This document shows, piece by piece, positions 8,766 to 20,307 of a DNA stretch of 64,000 nucleotides. This DNA comes from Kofleriaceae bacterium. Its GTDB lineage: Bacteria > Myxococcota_A > Polyangia > Haliangiales > Haliangiaceae. The notes beneath the pieces are model-generated. The model ran no database searches, was not told where the DNA came from, and saw only the letters and a list, made by a program, of their open reading frames with translations. How positions within the stretch are numbered: position 1 is the stretch's first letter; each line of letters starts with the position of its first letter. The position numbers and the translations under genes were made by a program. The DNA is taken from NCBI GenBank assembly GCA_965215005.1, contig CBDCCZ010000006.1, positions 1 through 64,000 of the forward strand, given 5' to 3'.

Positions 8766-11218
8766 TGGGCCCCGTGCAGCGAAAGCGGCTCAGCAGCGCT
8801 GCGGCGGTAGCATTTTTGCTAGCGAGCAGCAGCGTAGCCCTGGCGCAGCTCGACGAGCTCGAAGGTGGCGTCAGCGATATCGATATTGAAGTGCCGGTGG
8901 TCGTTCTCGACCTCGAGGTCGAGGACAACATCGATACCAGCGACATCGATCTCGCCAACATCGTACTGGTTGCAGCGCGCAATGTGACCACGGTCCAAGA
9001 GGCACCAGCCATCGTCACCATCATGACGGAGGAGCAGCTCGAGGAGCTGCACGTGCGCAATCTCGAGCAGGCGATGGATCGAGTTCCCGGCTGGATGCGC
9101 TATGGCGCCAATTACAGCCAGTTCCCCTATATCCTCAGCCGCGGCACCCATCAAGCCGTGCTCCTCATGCGCGACGGCTTGTCGGTATTTGAGCCATTCT
9201 TGAATGTCGCCTCGCTGGGTCGCAGCCTGCCAATGGAGACCATCAAGCGCATCGAGGTTGTCACCGGCCCTGGTGGCGTTCTTTGGGGTGCCAACTCGTT
9301 CCTCGGCGTCATTAACGTCATCTCCAAAGAAGCAGCCGATGTCGATGGCGTAGAAGCCAGCGCCGGCTACGGCACCGGTCCCGGCGACTTCAACAATTTT
9401 CGCGGCTATGTCATGGCTGGCGCACCCGACATCGGCGGCTCTGGCGTCGACATTTTCCTCCACACCAGCTTCGAGTCCTTCGAGGCTCCGCACTTCACCA
9501 CGCCGGGATTTCTGTTTCACTCGCCGCAACCACAACCGAACTCGCTTGCCCTCTATGGGCCGCTCGACACCGCGGCGCCCGCGCGGTCCACCATCCTCAA
9601 CCTCGACGGTAGCGTGGCGGTCGGCGATCTAAAGGTTCGTGCCGCGTTCCCGTTTGTCGAAGAGAACAAGAGCCTCACCTTCGCAGGCGGAGTGGTCGAT
9701 GAGGAGCTCCCTCAGGACTCGCTGCCCGAATGCCAGTCCATCCCGGAGAATGGTGACATCGACGCACCGCCCTGCATCGACCGCGGCAAGGTGGGCCGCA
9801 AAAACACCCATCGATTCTTCGATCGCTATATCCAGGCCGAATACCAGCGCCGCCTGGGGCAAGCCAAGCGTGCCGGCATCGCGCTTCGCGCCTACGGCGT
9901 GCAGTTCGTGCGCCGATGGGAGCCTCTGCAGATCATGGCGCCGCTCGCCGGTCTGCTGCCCGGCGGCCTGGGATTCTCCACCGACCTTTCTACCTATCGC
10001 GTTGGTGCTGCCGCCGATGGTGACTTCGAGCTCACGACGAGCACGCGGCTGGTCTACGGCCTCGAGGGCTTCCGCGAGTGGCTACCTGACCGCACTTCGC
10101 GCTCGCGCCAAGGAGCGGGCGCAGAGACGACGTTCGATTCACCGTATGACCTCGGACGCCTGCCGCTGCCGTGTCCCAATAGAGCGAGCTGGGATCCGGC
10201 TACGATGCAACCCGTCGACGTCGAACGCCTAGAGGGGTGCCCACTCACCTTCGCCTTTTCTGCAAATCGCGTGGTGTTCGGCACCTACGCCTCGGTGCAG
10301 ACGGAAGTAACCGAGGGGCTCACCCTCGACGCAGGGCTGCGCGCACAAGCAGCGCCAGATGCACTTTCCTCGCGTCCTTACGACCCGCAGCTCCTCGGTG
10401 CCGCCGGCTTGGTCTACGAGCTGTTTCCCCGCTGGCACCTCAAGCTCAACTACACGCAGGGGTTTCGGCCGCCGGTCTTCAACAACACCGATGGCAACGG
10501 CGAAGCTGTGCAGATTCCCGGCACGCCGACGCTCGAGCCCGAGCGTTCGCAGGCGTTTCAAGGCGAGCTCAATGCGCGGATCAAGGGTGGTCGGTCGCTG
10601 CGCGAGCTCGACTTCCGCGCCGACTACTCCTACACGATTCTCGATAACCTAATCGTCTTTCCGCAGGGCCAATACCAGAACTCCGGCACGCGCGGCATCC
10701 ACTCAGCTGAGTTTCTCGCCCGGCTGTATCTCCTCGGCGGTCACCGAGTGGAAGCCGGATATACTTGGATGCGTGCAGTCTCCGATGAGCTCGGCCAGCT
10801 CCGTACGGTGCCCGAACAGTGGTTCAACATCGCCGTGGTTGGCCGCTTGTGGAAGACCCTCGATGCGCTCACGGCACTTCGCGTCGTTACCTCGTTCGAG
10901 GATCCCAATCGGCTCGTCGAGTATCGCGGTCTCACGCGCGGCGACGACAACATGGTGCAGGTGCTAGACGGCGTGGAGACGATCAGCGTGAGCCCTGCGA
11001 CGCTGGTTCTCGACCGCATCCCTCCCAGCGCCGACCTCACCCTCGGTTTGCGGTATCAGCCAAGCACGTTCCTCACCCTGCAGGCGGTCGCACAGAACGC
11101 ACTCAACGCCCTCTACTATCAGCCAGATCCCACGGCCAGCTTTTCCCCACGACTCGACATCGTTCCCAATCCCTATGAGGCATTTCGGGTTTTCGGATCG
11201 GCGACGGTCAAGTATTAA
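8756..11218 (+). CDS. TonB-dependent receptor
   Basis: Plug motif IKRIEVVTGPGGVLWGANSFLGVINVISK, GFRPP and LEPE barrel motifs, C-terminal aromatic residue (VKY); true start may be GTG 8765 or 8774. Confidence 0.9.
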   Translation: MPLVGPVQRKRLSSAAAVAFLLASSSVALAQLDELEGGVSDIDIEVPVVVLDLEVEDNIDTSDIDLANIVLVAARNVTTVQEAPAIVTIMTEEQLEELHVRNLEQAMDRVPGWMRYGANYSQFPYILSRGTHQAVLLMRDGLSVFEPFLNVASLGRSLPMETIKRIEVVTGPGGVLWGANSFLGVINVISKEAADVDGVEASAGYGTGPGDFNNFRGYVMAGAPDIGGSGVDIFLHTSFESFEAPHFTTPGFLFHSPQPQPNSLALYGPLDTAAPARSTILNLDGSVAVGDLKVRAAFPFVEENKSLTFAGGVVDEELPQDSLPECQSIPENGDIDAPPCIDRGKVGRKNTHRFFDRYIQAEYQRRLGQAKRAGIALRAYGVQFVRRWEPLQIMAPLAGLLPGGLGFSTDLSTYRVGAAADGDFELTTSTRLVYGLEGFREWLPDRTSRSRQGAGAETTFDSPYDLGRLPLPCPNRASWDPATMQPVDVERLEGCPLTFAFSANRVVFGTYASVQTEVTEGLTLDAGLRAQAAPDALSSRPYDPQLLGAAGLVYELFPRWHLKLNYTQGFRPPVFNNTDGNGEAVQIPGTPTLEPERSQAFQGELNARIKGGRSLRELDFRADYSYTILDNLIVFPQGQYQNSGTRGIHSAEFLARLYLLGGHRVEAGYTWMRAVSDELGQLRTVPEQWFNIAVVGRLWKTLDALTALRVVTSFEDPNRLVEYRGLTRGDDNMVQVLDGVETISVSPATLVLDRIPPSADLTLGLRYQPSTFLTLQAVAQNALNALYYQPDPTASFSPRLDIVPNPYEAFRVFGSATVKY

Positions 11219-11315
11219 CAGCCATACAGGCTGGCGTAGCAGCAAGGGTATCGCTCTAGTTACGGCATGAGCGTGCTATTGAAGTGGCTCGTTCAAACAT
11301 CAGCGAGGTCGTCCT

Positions 11316-13577
11316 ATGAAGACTACAAAACTTAGCCTGTGCTTCATCCTCGCCGGCGCCCTCGGTGCGTGCGGTGATGATGACAAGCCCAATGCCGACG
11401 CCGACGCGGGTGGTGGCGACCCTGCCGTCGCTGCCGTTGCGGCCTTTGCGCCGCCGCAACCGGGCGCCGGAGCAGAATGGGGCGCTATTCCGTTTCCCTC
11501 CGATTTGCTGCTCGACGAGCAGGGCATGCTCACGCTCACCAGCGTTCCAGGTGGTCCCGATGCGAACCCTGCCGCGGAAACCATGCTCATGGAAGCGCTG
11601 CACACCCTCGATGGCGCGCCGGTCACCTCACACGCCTACTTTCCCATCACCGGCGAGGTGGATGCCGACACGCTTGCCGGCAACGTCAAGCTGGTCGACC
11701 TCGATGCCGACCTCGCCGAGCTCCCGATCGAGCTCAGCTATCGCAGTGAAATCGGCGCCATCCAGGCGATGCCGATTCGCGGCACGCTGCTCGCCGAAAA
11801 TCATCGCTACGCCGCGTTCGTAACCACCGGCGTGAAGTCGAGCACCGGCGTCGCGCTTTCCCGTAGCCCCGCTTTTACCGCCGCTCTCGATCTCTCGAGC
11901 ACCCCCAGCGAACCGGCGATTGCTGCCGCGCAGGAAAGCCTGCGCCCGCTCCTAGAGGCACTCGACTCGGCCACGGTCGAATCTCTCGCGGTCGCAACCG
12001 TCTTCCGCACCGCCCACACGACCCGCGGATTCAAAGACATGTATGACGTTGCGGTGGAGCACCCATCGTCGTTGACCGACGCTCCCCTCATCACGTTTGG
12101 CCCCGCCGCAGCCGAGCTCGACTTTGTGTTCGGAGGCCCGCAAGACCCCGATGCCCCGCCGGGCGCCGATGACACCGATCCGCGCGCGCAACCTCACAGC
12201 CACGTGAGCGTGGTGCTACACGGCGTGATCGAAGGTCCGAGCTTTCGCAACGCCGATCCACTACAAGCCGGCTTCATGGAGCGCGACGCCGACGGCAAGC
12301 CTGTCATCAAAGGCATGCAGCCGATCCCATTCACCATCACGCTGCCCGCAGGCAAGAGCTCTTATGCGAACTTGCCAGTGCTCCTCTGGGTCCACGGCAT
12401 CAACCGCACCCGAGCCGACATGCTCATGTTGACCGATCCAGTCAACGAGCAGGGCTACGCCTACCTCGGCATCGATCTCATGTACCACGGCAACCGGCGC
12501 GCCACCCCCGTCGACCGTCGTGTCAACGTGATCGAAGGTCGACAAACCTGCGCCCCCGAGCAGCCTTATTGCGACGGCTTCGGCGACGACAGCGGCGTCT
12601 TACCGGCAACGCAGATCTTCCACCTCTCTACCTCCGGCGGAATCCCTCCGTATCACCCGCGCGCCATGATGGAGAACCTCCGCCAGTCGGCCATCGACCT
12701 CATCGCGGTCAACAACTTCTTGCAGCGCGGCGATCTCTCGCGCATTAACGCCAAGCTCGCAGAGCTGGGACTTCCCAATGATCTATCGTTTGTGGGCGAT
12801 GATGTCGGCATTCTCACCGAGTCGTTTGGCGCCATGCCGGCGCTGCTCACCGCCTCGGTCGACTCTCGAGTCAAGGTCGCTTTCCTCGCCTCGCCAGCCA
12901 GCAGCTTCCCCTTTCCATTGCTCTTCCATAGCCCCGGTTTCTCTTCAGCGTTCTCGAGCGCCATCTTGACGCCGCTCGATCTCCGCTCGCGCACCGAGCT
13001 CGGCGATCCCGTCCGCGGCGGCATCCACGAACCCGCACTGATGCTGTGGAACGGCGCCATCGAGCAAGGCGATCCGCTGGCGTTTGCGCGCGCCTTGATG
13101 CAGGGCGTCTACCGCGAGCCCATCGACCTGTTGGTAAGTGAGACGTGGCAGGACGAGTGGGTCACAAACGATTCGCTCGAGCACCTGATTGGCGTGATGA
13201 ACCTACCGGTCCTCCACATCTCTCGGTCGGTCGAGCCGCCAGGGCCGCTGTTCCGCTTTGTGCCCGAGCTCGAAGAGCAGGAGGGGCCGATACAAGGCAA
13301 CATCGCCGGCGGCACCAAGACCGCCGCGGCCAGCTTGTGGTATCCGGCGGCCCACGCACTCCTGCGCAAGCTCGAAGATTATTACGTGTACGAGCCCAAC
13401 TTCCCGCCATTCGTCGAGCGTGAAGAGATCTGGTACTTCTGTAATCCGGTGGAAAACATCCACGCCTTCTGGTCGGGCTTCTTTGCCCAGCACTATCGCG
13501 GCGAGGTCCCCGCAGCCACCGATCCCTTCCCCCAACCGGTGCCGCCGGGCTCGCCGCCCTGCGCGCCGATGCCGTGA
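11316..13577 (+). CDS. secreted alpha/beta-hydrolase (lipase-like) lipoprotein, paralog B
   Basis: Lipobox LGAC; collinear with 4275-6476 (WG.IPFPSDL, VHG.NRTRAD, TESFG, DEWV.N, WYPAAHAL). Confidence 0.75.
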   Translation: MKTTKLSLCFILAGALGACGDDDKPNADADAGGGDPAVAAVAAFAPPQPGAGAEWGAIPFPSDLLLDEQGMLTLTSVPGGPDANPAAETMLMEALHTLDGAPVTSHAYFPITGEVDADTLAGNVKLVDLDADLAELPIELSYRSEIGAIQAMPIRGTLLAENHRYAAFVTTGVKSSTGVALSRSPAFTAALDLSSTPSEPAIAAAQESLRPLLEALDSATVESLAVATVFRTAHTTRGFKDMYDVAVEHPSSLTDAPLITFGPAAAELDFVFGGPQDPDAPPGADDTDPRAQPHSHVSVVLHGVIEGPSFRNADPLQAGFMERDADGKPVIKGMQPIPFTITLPAGKSSYANLPVLLWVHGINRTRADMLMLTDPVNEQGYAYLGIDLMYHGNRRATPVDRRVNVIEGRQTCAPEQPYCDGFGDDSGVLPATQIFHLSTSGGIPPYHPRAMMENLRQSAIDLIAVNNFLQRGDLSRINAKLAELGLPNDLSFVGDDVGILTESFGAMPALLTASVDSRVKVAFLASPASSFPFPLLFHSPGFSSAFSSAILTPLDLRSRTELGDPVRGGIHEPALMLWNGAIEQGDPLAFARALMQGVYREPIDLLVSETWQDEWVTNDSLEHLIGVMNLPVLHISRSVEPPGPLFRFVPELEEQEGPIQGNIAGGTKTAAASLWYPAAHALLRKLEDYYVYEPNFPPFVEREEIWYFCNPVENIHAFWSGFFAQHYRGEVPAATDPFPQPVPPGSPPCAPMP

Positions 13578-13660
13578 CACCGCCTTCATAAGCACGCAAT
13601 CCCGAGTTGCCCTCTGCGGCGACTCGGGATCCGTCTCCTGCAGAAATCTCGCGCCAGCGC

Positions 13661-15786
<2,126 letters not shown>

Positions 15787-15790
<4 letters not shown>

Positions 15791-16011
15791 GGGCGCACCT
15801 GGACTTGCGCGGCTTCGTGGCGACGAATCGAGATGCGCCCGTGGCGCAAGTCGAGCTCAAGCGGATCGCCGAGCGGAGCGACATTTACGACTTTCACTCG
15901 AGTCCCGGGAACCAGCCCCATCTCCATGAGCCGCCGACGAAATGTCCGCTCACCCGCGACGGCGGCGACGATGACCTCTTGATGGAGAGCACTCTTATCT
16001 AATGATGACAT
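15787..16011 (-). CDS. feoA: ferrous iron transport protein A
   Basis: RRRLMEMGLVPGT..V...APLGDP motif; overlaps the feoB start. Confidence 0.93.
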
Positions 16012-16035
16012 GACGCTCTTGCGGTTATGGCAGAA

Positions 16036-16052
16036 TTGAAAACGGCTTTCAA
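16036..16052. promoter_or_regulatory. Fur-like box upstream of feoAB
   Basis: Perfect inverted repeat TTGAAA-N5-TTTCAA about 25 bp upstream of feoA. Confidence 0.6.
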
Positions 16053-16189
16053 GTTTCATCTAGGCGGCTCACGCAACTTCACCTCTGGGCTCGTAACGGT
16101 GCACCTACCGCTCCAGACCTACTGCCACCTACTCCATAAGGATCACTTCTCGGTCACGGGATGGCTTAGAATGGCCGCGGAGGGCTTAC

Positions 16190-16570
16190 GTGGAGGAACG
16201 GCTAACCCGCGTGCTCGTCGTTGACGACGAGCCGTTCGTTCGCAAGACACTGGTCCGCGCACTGCGCGACTGGGATGTCGTCATGGCCGAAAGCGGCCAA
16301 CAAGCGGTGGAGTTGCTCGGGCGCGATTGGCGTTTCGACGCCGTGCTGTGCGACCTCATGATGCCCGGCGTCACCGGCATGGATGTCTATGACCGCGCCA
16401 CCGCCGAGGTTCCCGCGCTCCGCGAAGCGTTCATCTTTCTCACCGGCGGTGCTTTTACGGACCGCGCTCGACAATTCATCGAAGCCACCGCTTGTCCGGT
16501 GCTCGAGAAGCCATTCAACTTTCGCGAGCTGCAAGAAATCGTGCGCGAGTTGATCGAGCGACGAGTGTAG
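16190..16570 (+). CDS. single-domain response regulator receiver
   Basis: VLVVDDE, CDLMMP (phospho-Asp), FLTGG, LEKPF. Confidence 0.9.
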   Translation: MEERLTRVLVVDDEPFVRKTLVRALRDWDVVMAESGQQAVELLGRDWRFDAVLCDLMMPGVTGMDVYDRATAEVPALREAFIFLTGGAFTDRARQFIEATACPVLEKPFNFRELQEIVRELIERRV

Positions 16571-16648
16571 ACGCCTCATACGAAGAAACCCGCAGGAGGG
16601 CCCGGAGGCGCGCATTGCTGGCGCTCTGGCGATGTGACATCGTGAGCC

Positions 16649-18160
16649 ATGATGCTCGCCAAACGCGCCCTTTCCATCGGCGCCATCGGCGCGGCGCTCG
16701 CGCTCAGTAGCGGCTGCAAAGACGATCACGGCAGCGCCGCCAAGCGCGCTCCCGCAACGCCGCCGCCAACGACGGAAGCGCCGCCCGCAAAACCGTCTCC
16801 TCCATCGCCACCGCCAAGTCCGCTGCCAACTCTGCCCGCGGACCCCGGCGTGCATGAGGGAACCCATCGCTGGTCGGCTCGCTTCGGCGACCTTGGCACC
16901 GACGCTGGTCGCAGCATTGCGACCGATGCCAACGGCAACGTCGCCGTGACTGGCTATTTCGCGGAGCACGTGGAGTTCGCCCCCGGCCACACCGCGACCG
17001 CGGCTGCCTTGGATGCCTACGTTGCCTACTTCTCAGCGCAAGGAGAGCTCTCGTGGGTGAAAACCTTCGGCGGCGACCACGAAGACACCGGCAACGCCAT
17101 CGCGTTCGATCCGGAGGGCAACGTGGTGGTCGCGGGAAACTTCTCCCGGTCCATGCAGCTCGGCGCCACACCAGTCGCCTCGCTCGGTTCCGATGATGCG
17201 TTCGTCCTCAAGCTATCGCCTACGGGCGAGGTCCTGTGGGTGCGACGCTTTGGCGATATCAAGTCAGATGGCGCCAATGGAGTCGCCACCGATGCCCACG
17301 GCAACGTCTATGTCACCGGCTCATTCTCTGGGCTCGTCACCTTCGGCACCACGCAGCTATCGAGCGCGGGCGGCGAAGACGTGTTCGTGCTCGCGCTAAC
17401 GGCGGCCGGCGAGTTGATGTGGGTCGAGCAGTTCGGCGGCCGCTACACCGACTATGGGCAACGCATCGCGGTGGATCCGCAGGGCAGCGTGGTGGTGCTC
17501 GCGGAGTTCACTGGAACCGTCGCGTTCGGCGCTGCTGAGCTCGAGAGCTTGGGCAACCGCGACCTGGCGGTGCTCAAGCTGAGCTCCCGCGGCGAGGTCA
17601 CGTGGGCCGAGAGATTTGGCAGCCCCTTCAACGAGCTCGGGTTGGGGCTCGCCGTCGATCCGGCAGGCAATATCATCATCGCCGGAAGCTTCGACAATCA
17701 GATCTCCTTCGGAGCCATGAAGCTCGTCAGCAAAGGCGAGTCCGACGCGTTCGTCACCAAGCTCAATCCTGCTGGAAAACCGCAGTGGGCGCGCAGCTTC
17801 GGGTCGCGGCGCGAGGATATCGCCCACGGCGCAGCGACGGATGCGTTTGGCAACGTGGTGGTCACCGGCTGGTTCTGGGAGGCGATCGACTTCGGTGGCG
17901 GGTTGCGCGCAAGCGAAGGCAACAAGGACGTATTTCTCCTCAAGCTGAGCCCTGATGGCAACCACCGTTGGTCACGACGCTTCGGCGGCAAGGACCACGA
18001 TCAAGGCCGGGCCGTTGCGGTCGGCCCCTCAGCCGAGGTCGTTGCCACAGGCATCTTCCGTTTCGTGATCGAGCTGGGCGGCAAGCCACTCGAGTCGAAG
18101 AGGGCGGCAAGTGATCGTGCACCACGCCCAGATGTATTCGTGGCGCGCTTCGCGCCGTAG
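16649..18160 (+). CDS. lipoprotein with Pro-rich linker and SBBP-type beta-propeller repeats
   Basis: Lipobox SSGC; about seven repeats of W...FG....D.G..IA.D..GNV.V.G.F. Confidence 0.85.
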   Translation: MMLAKRALSIGAIGAALALSSGCKDDHGSAAKRAPATPPPTTEAPPAKPSPPSPPPSPLPTLPADPGVHEGTHRWSARFGDLGTDAGRSIATDANGNVAVTGYFAEHVEFAPGHTATAAALDAYVAYFSAQGELSWVKTFGGDHEDTGNAIAFDPEGNVVVAGNFSRSMQLGATPVASLGSDDAFVLKLSPTGEVLWVRRFGDIKSDGANGVATDAHGNVYVTGSFSGLVTFGTTQLSSAGGEDVFVLALTAAGELMWVEQFGGRYTDYGQRIAVDPQGSVVVLAEFTGTVAFGAAELESLGNRDLAVLKLSSRGEVTWAERFGSPFNELGLGLAVDPAGNIIIAGSFDNQISFGAMKLVSKGESDAFVTKLNPAGKPQWARSFGSRREDIAHGAATDAFGNVVVTGWFWEAIDFGGGLRASEGNKDVFLLKLSPDGNHRWSRRFGGKDHDQGRAVAVGPSAEVVATGIFRFVIELGGKPLESKRAASDRAPRPDVFVARFAP

Positions 18161-18357
18161 TCAAACGCTACTCGCAAGCGTCGCGATGCGAGCGATGAGC
18201 ACCCGCAGAGATGCTCGAAACAGGCCGTTCGCGGACAAAAAAAACGCGGCAGCGCCGAAAAAACGCCAGGAAAGGACGAATTCGAGCCGAAACAGGCTAT
18301 TCGTTGTCAGTCCCACCCTGTAAAACGCTCTTAGTACTCAACCGTGGAGGGTTGACC

Positions 18358-18627
18358 GTGGCCAAAGCTAAAAAGAAAACTACAACAGCAGCAGCGAAGA
18401 AGAAGACCACCCGGGCGAAGAAAGCCGCTCCCAAGGCACCGACCGAGGTCCTCCTCGTCGGTTCGAAGGTGCGGGCCCAGATCAAGGATTCTGGATTCAA
18501 CACCGGCGGTGATGCAGTCGACGGCCTCAACCTGTGGGTGCACTGGCTCATTGGCCAAGCAACCACTCGCGCCGCCGCAAATGGACGCAAGACGGTTCGC
18601 GCCCACGACTTCATGGCCCCGATGTAA
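18358..18627 (+). CDS. bacterial histone-fold protein with Lys-rich N-terminal tail
   Basis: GGAGG at 18346-18350 then GTG; core LLVGSKVRAQIKDSGFNTGGDAVDGLN...RAAANGRKTVRAHDF carries the histone-fold RKTV...D motif and resembles Leptospira HLp and Bdellovibrio Bd0055 as I recall them. Confidence 0.88.
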   Translation: MAKAKKKTTTAAAKKKTTRAKKAAPKAPTEVLLVGSKVRAQIKDSGFNTGGDAVDGLNLWVHWLIGQATTRAAANGRKTVRAHDFMAPM

Positions 18628-18633
18628 CTTCGC

Positions 18634-18703
18634 TCGGCCTTCGGGTCGAAGACGCCCTGCCGAAGCATCGCTCGCGGTGTTTCGCGCGGGGCGTTTCTCG
18701 TTT
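18634..18703 (+). terminator. double hairpin or intrinsic terminator after the histone gene
   Basis: cUUCGg hairpin 18634-18649, then long GC stem 18651-18696 followed by a T-rich tail. Confidence 0.6.
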
Positions 18704-18804
18704 CGGAGCATAGTGATCGAGTCACAGCCTCGGCTCACCCACATAGCTGCGGCCACAACGCGTTCCTCTCACCACTTGTGCTGGGCTATGCTGGAGCACG
18801 AGCG

Positions 18805-20280
18805 GTGAAAGATGGAGGAGCACGCCTACTCCGAATCGCGTCGCGAGCCAGGACGCGTGAGGAGTTCATCTCGATATTTCGTCGGTTCTGCGATCACGCC
18901 TCGGTTTTCGTGATCACACGCGAGCCCCAAGAGCTGCAGTCGCGACTGCGGCTCTCGATTACTCTCGCCGGCGGACAAGCCATGCTGCAGGGCGAGGTCG
19001 AGGTGCTCGAGCACTTCTCGACCAGCGACAACCGCTTCGGCGCACCCGGCATGCGCCTCGGATTCGTTGCCGCCGATGACGCAACGCGCGCGCTCCTCGA
19101 GTTATTTGCTAGCGATCAGCACGATGAGCTCGCCGCCGAGCCGGGTCGTGGACCGCCGTTGCCGCGACATCTTCGCCCTCCGGCCCGTCCTGGCACCGTG
19201 CCACCGAAGGCCGAGCACCTCGCCACGCTGGCGACTCTCACCACCGCGGAGCCTGTGCACGCCATCGAGGAACCAGAGGATGCGCCCACCGCGGAGCGTG
19301 CACCGGGCCGCCACCCACCATCTCAAGCGCCAACGCACAACCACGGTCTCGCCAGCACTGCTTCCTCACAGTCACCAATCGACAATCGCAACGAGGCTTC
19401 TTTCGCCGACGCGCCACGGCGTGACCAGAGTCGAGAAACTTCCGCCTCATCATCGCAGCCGCCACTGCAGGCAGCGCCAAACCACACTGTGCCGCTGCCC
19501 GTGCAGCTCGAGCCCACTGAGCTGGTTCCCACGTTGTCTGCAGCCCGGCTCACGCGCCGACGCACCCTTCCGCTTGCACTTGCCGCGCTCGCAGCTCTGC
19601 TAACACTGGCCGTCATCGTAGCGCTGTCTCGCTCCGGCGATGAACCCGCAGTACGTGGAGGCGTCGAGTCAGCCGCCGTGGCGACAGAACCAGCTCATGC
19701 GGCCGACTCTGCTCCGCCTACGACGCCTCCGCCTCCCACTGCCGCGACCGTCGCGCCTGTCATCGCTGGTGATGCGCCGGCGGCACGAGCGCCCGCATCA
19801 GGCGCGGTCGCTACCGGTGAGGCAACCGGCGATCCGGCCGCTCGCGACCTGGACCAGCAAACCTGCAGCCTACGCGTCCGCACCTCTCCTAAAGGCGTAC
19901 GCGTTAGCGTCGCAGGCAAGCGCGTTGGCGAGACTCCTCTGCTAGCCGAGTTGCCGTGCGGCCCCCATCGCTTGCAACTCAGCCATCCGCGCTATCAAGA
20001 CACCACACGTGAGCTCGATCTGACCCCAGGCGCACGTGGCGAGCTTTCGCTACGGCTATCACGCCCGACCTTCGTCCTGCGAATCGTCTCGACTCCGAAG
20101 GGCGCCACCGTGATGATCGATGGCAGCAAGGCCGGAGTGACTCCACTGCGCACGCCGATTCGCGGCTTCGAGCGAGCTTCTGTCGTCGTGAAGAAGTCCG
20201 GCTACGCGTCCCATCGCACCAACATCTACGTCAAGAGCGACGAGCACGTCGTCCGCGTCCGGCTGCGGCCGAGCCGCTAG
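18805..20280 (+). CDS. PilZ-like N-terminal domain, Pro-rich linker, TM helix and tandem PEGA domains
   Basis: C-terminal VRTSPKG..V...GK.VGETP and IVSTPKGATV.IDG..AGVTP PEGA motifs; N-terminal EEF....VFV.T..P...PGM.L.F pattern. Confidence 0.75.
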   Translation: MKDGGARLLRIASRARTREEFISIFRRFCDHASVFVITREPQELQSRLRLSITLAGGQAMLQGEVEVLEHFSTSDNRFGAPGMRLGFVAADDATRALLELFASDQHDELAAEPGRGPPLPRHLRPPARPGTVPPKAEHLATLATLTTAEPVHAIEEPEDAPTAERAPGRHPPSQAPTHNHGLASTASSQSPIDNRNEASFADAPRRDQSRETSASSSQPPLQAAPNHTVPLPVQLEPTELVPTLSAARLTRRRTLPLALAALAALLTLAVIVALSRSGDEPAVRGGVESAAVATEPAHAADSAPPTTPPPPTAATVAPVIAGDAPAARAPASGAVATGEATGDPAARDLDQQTCSLRVRTSPKGVRVSVAGKRVGETPLLAELPCGPHRLQLSHPRYQDTTRELDLTPGARGELSLRLSRPTFVLRIVSTPKGATVMIDGSKAGVTPLRTPIRGFERASVVVKKSGYASHRTNIYVKSDEHVVRVRLRPSR

Positions 20281-20307
20281 TTTCGCCAATCCCGCGCGTT
20301 TGACGAG

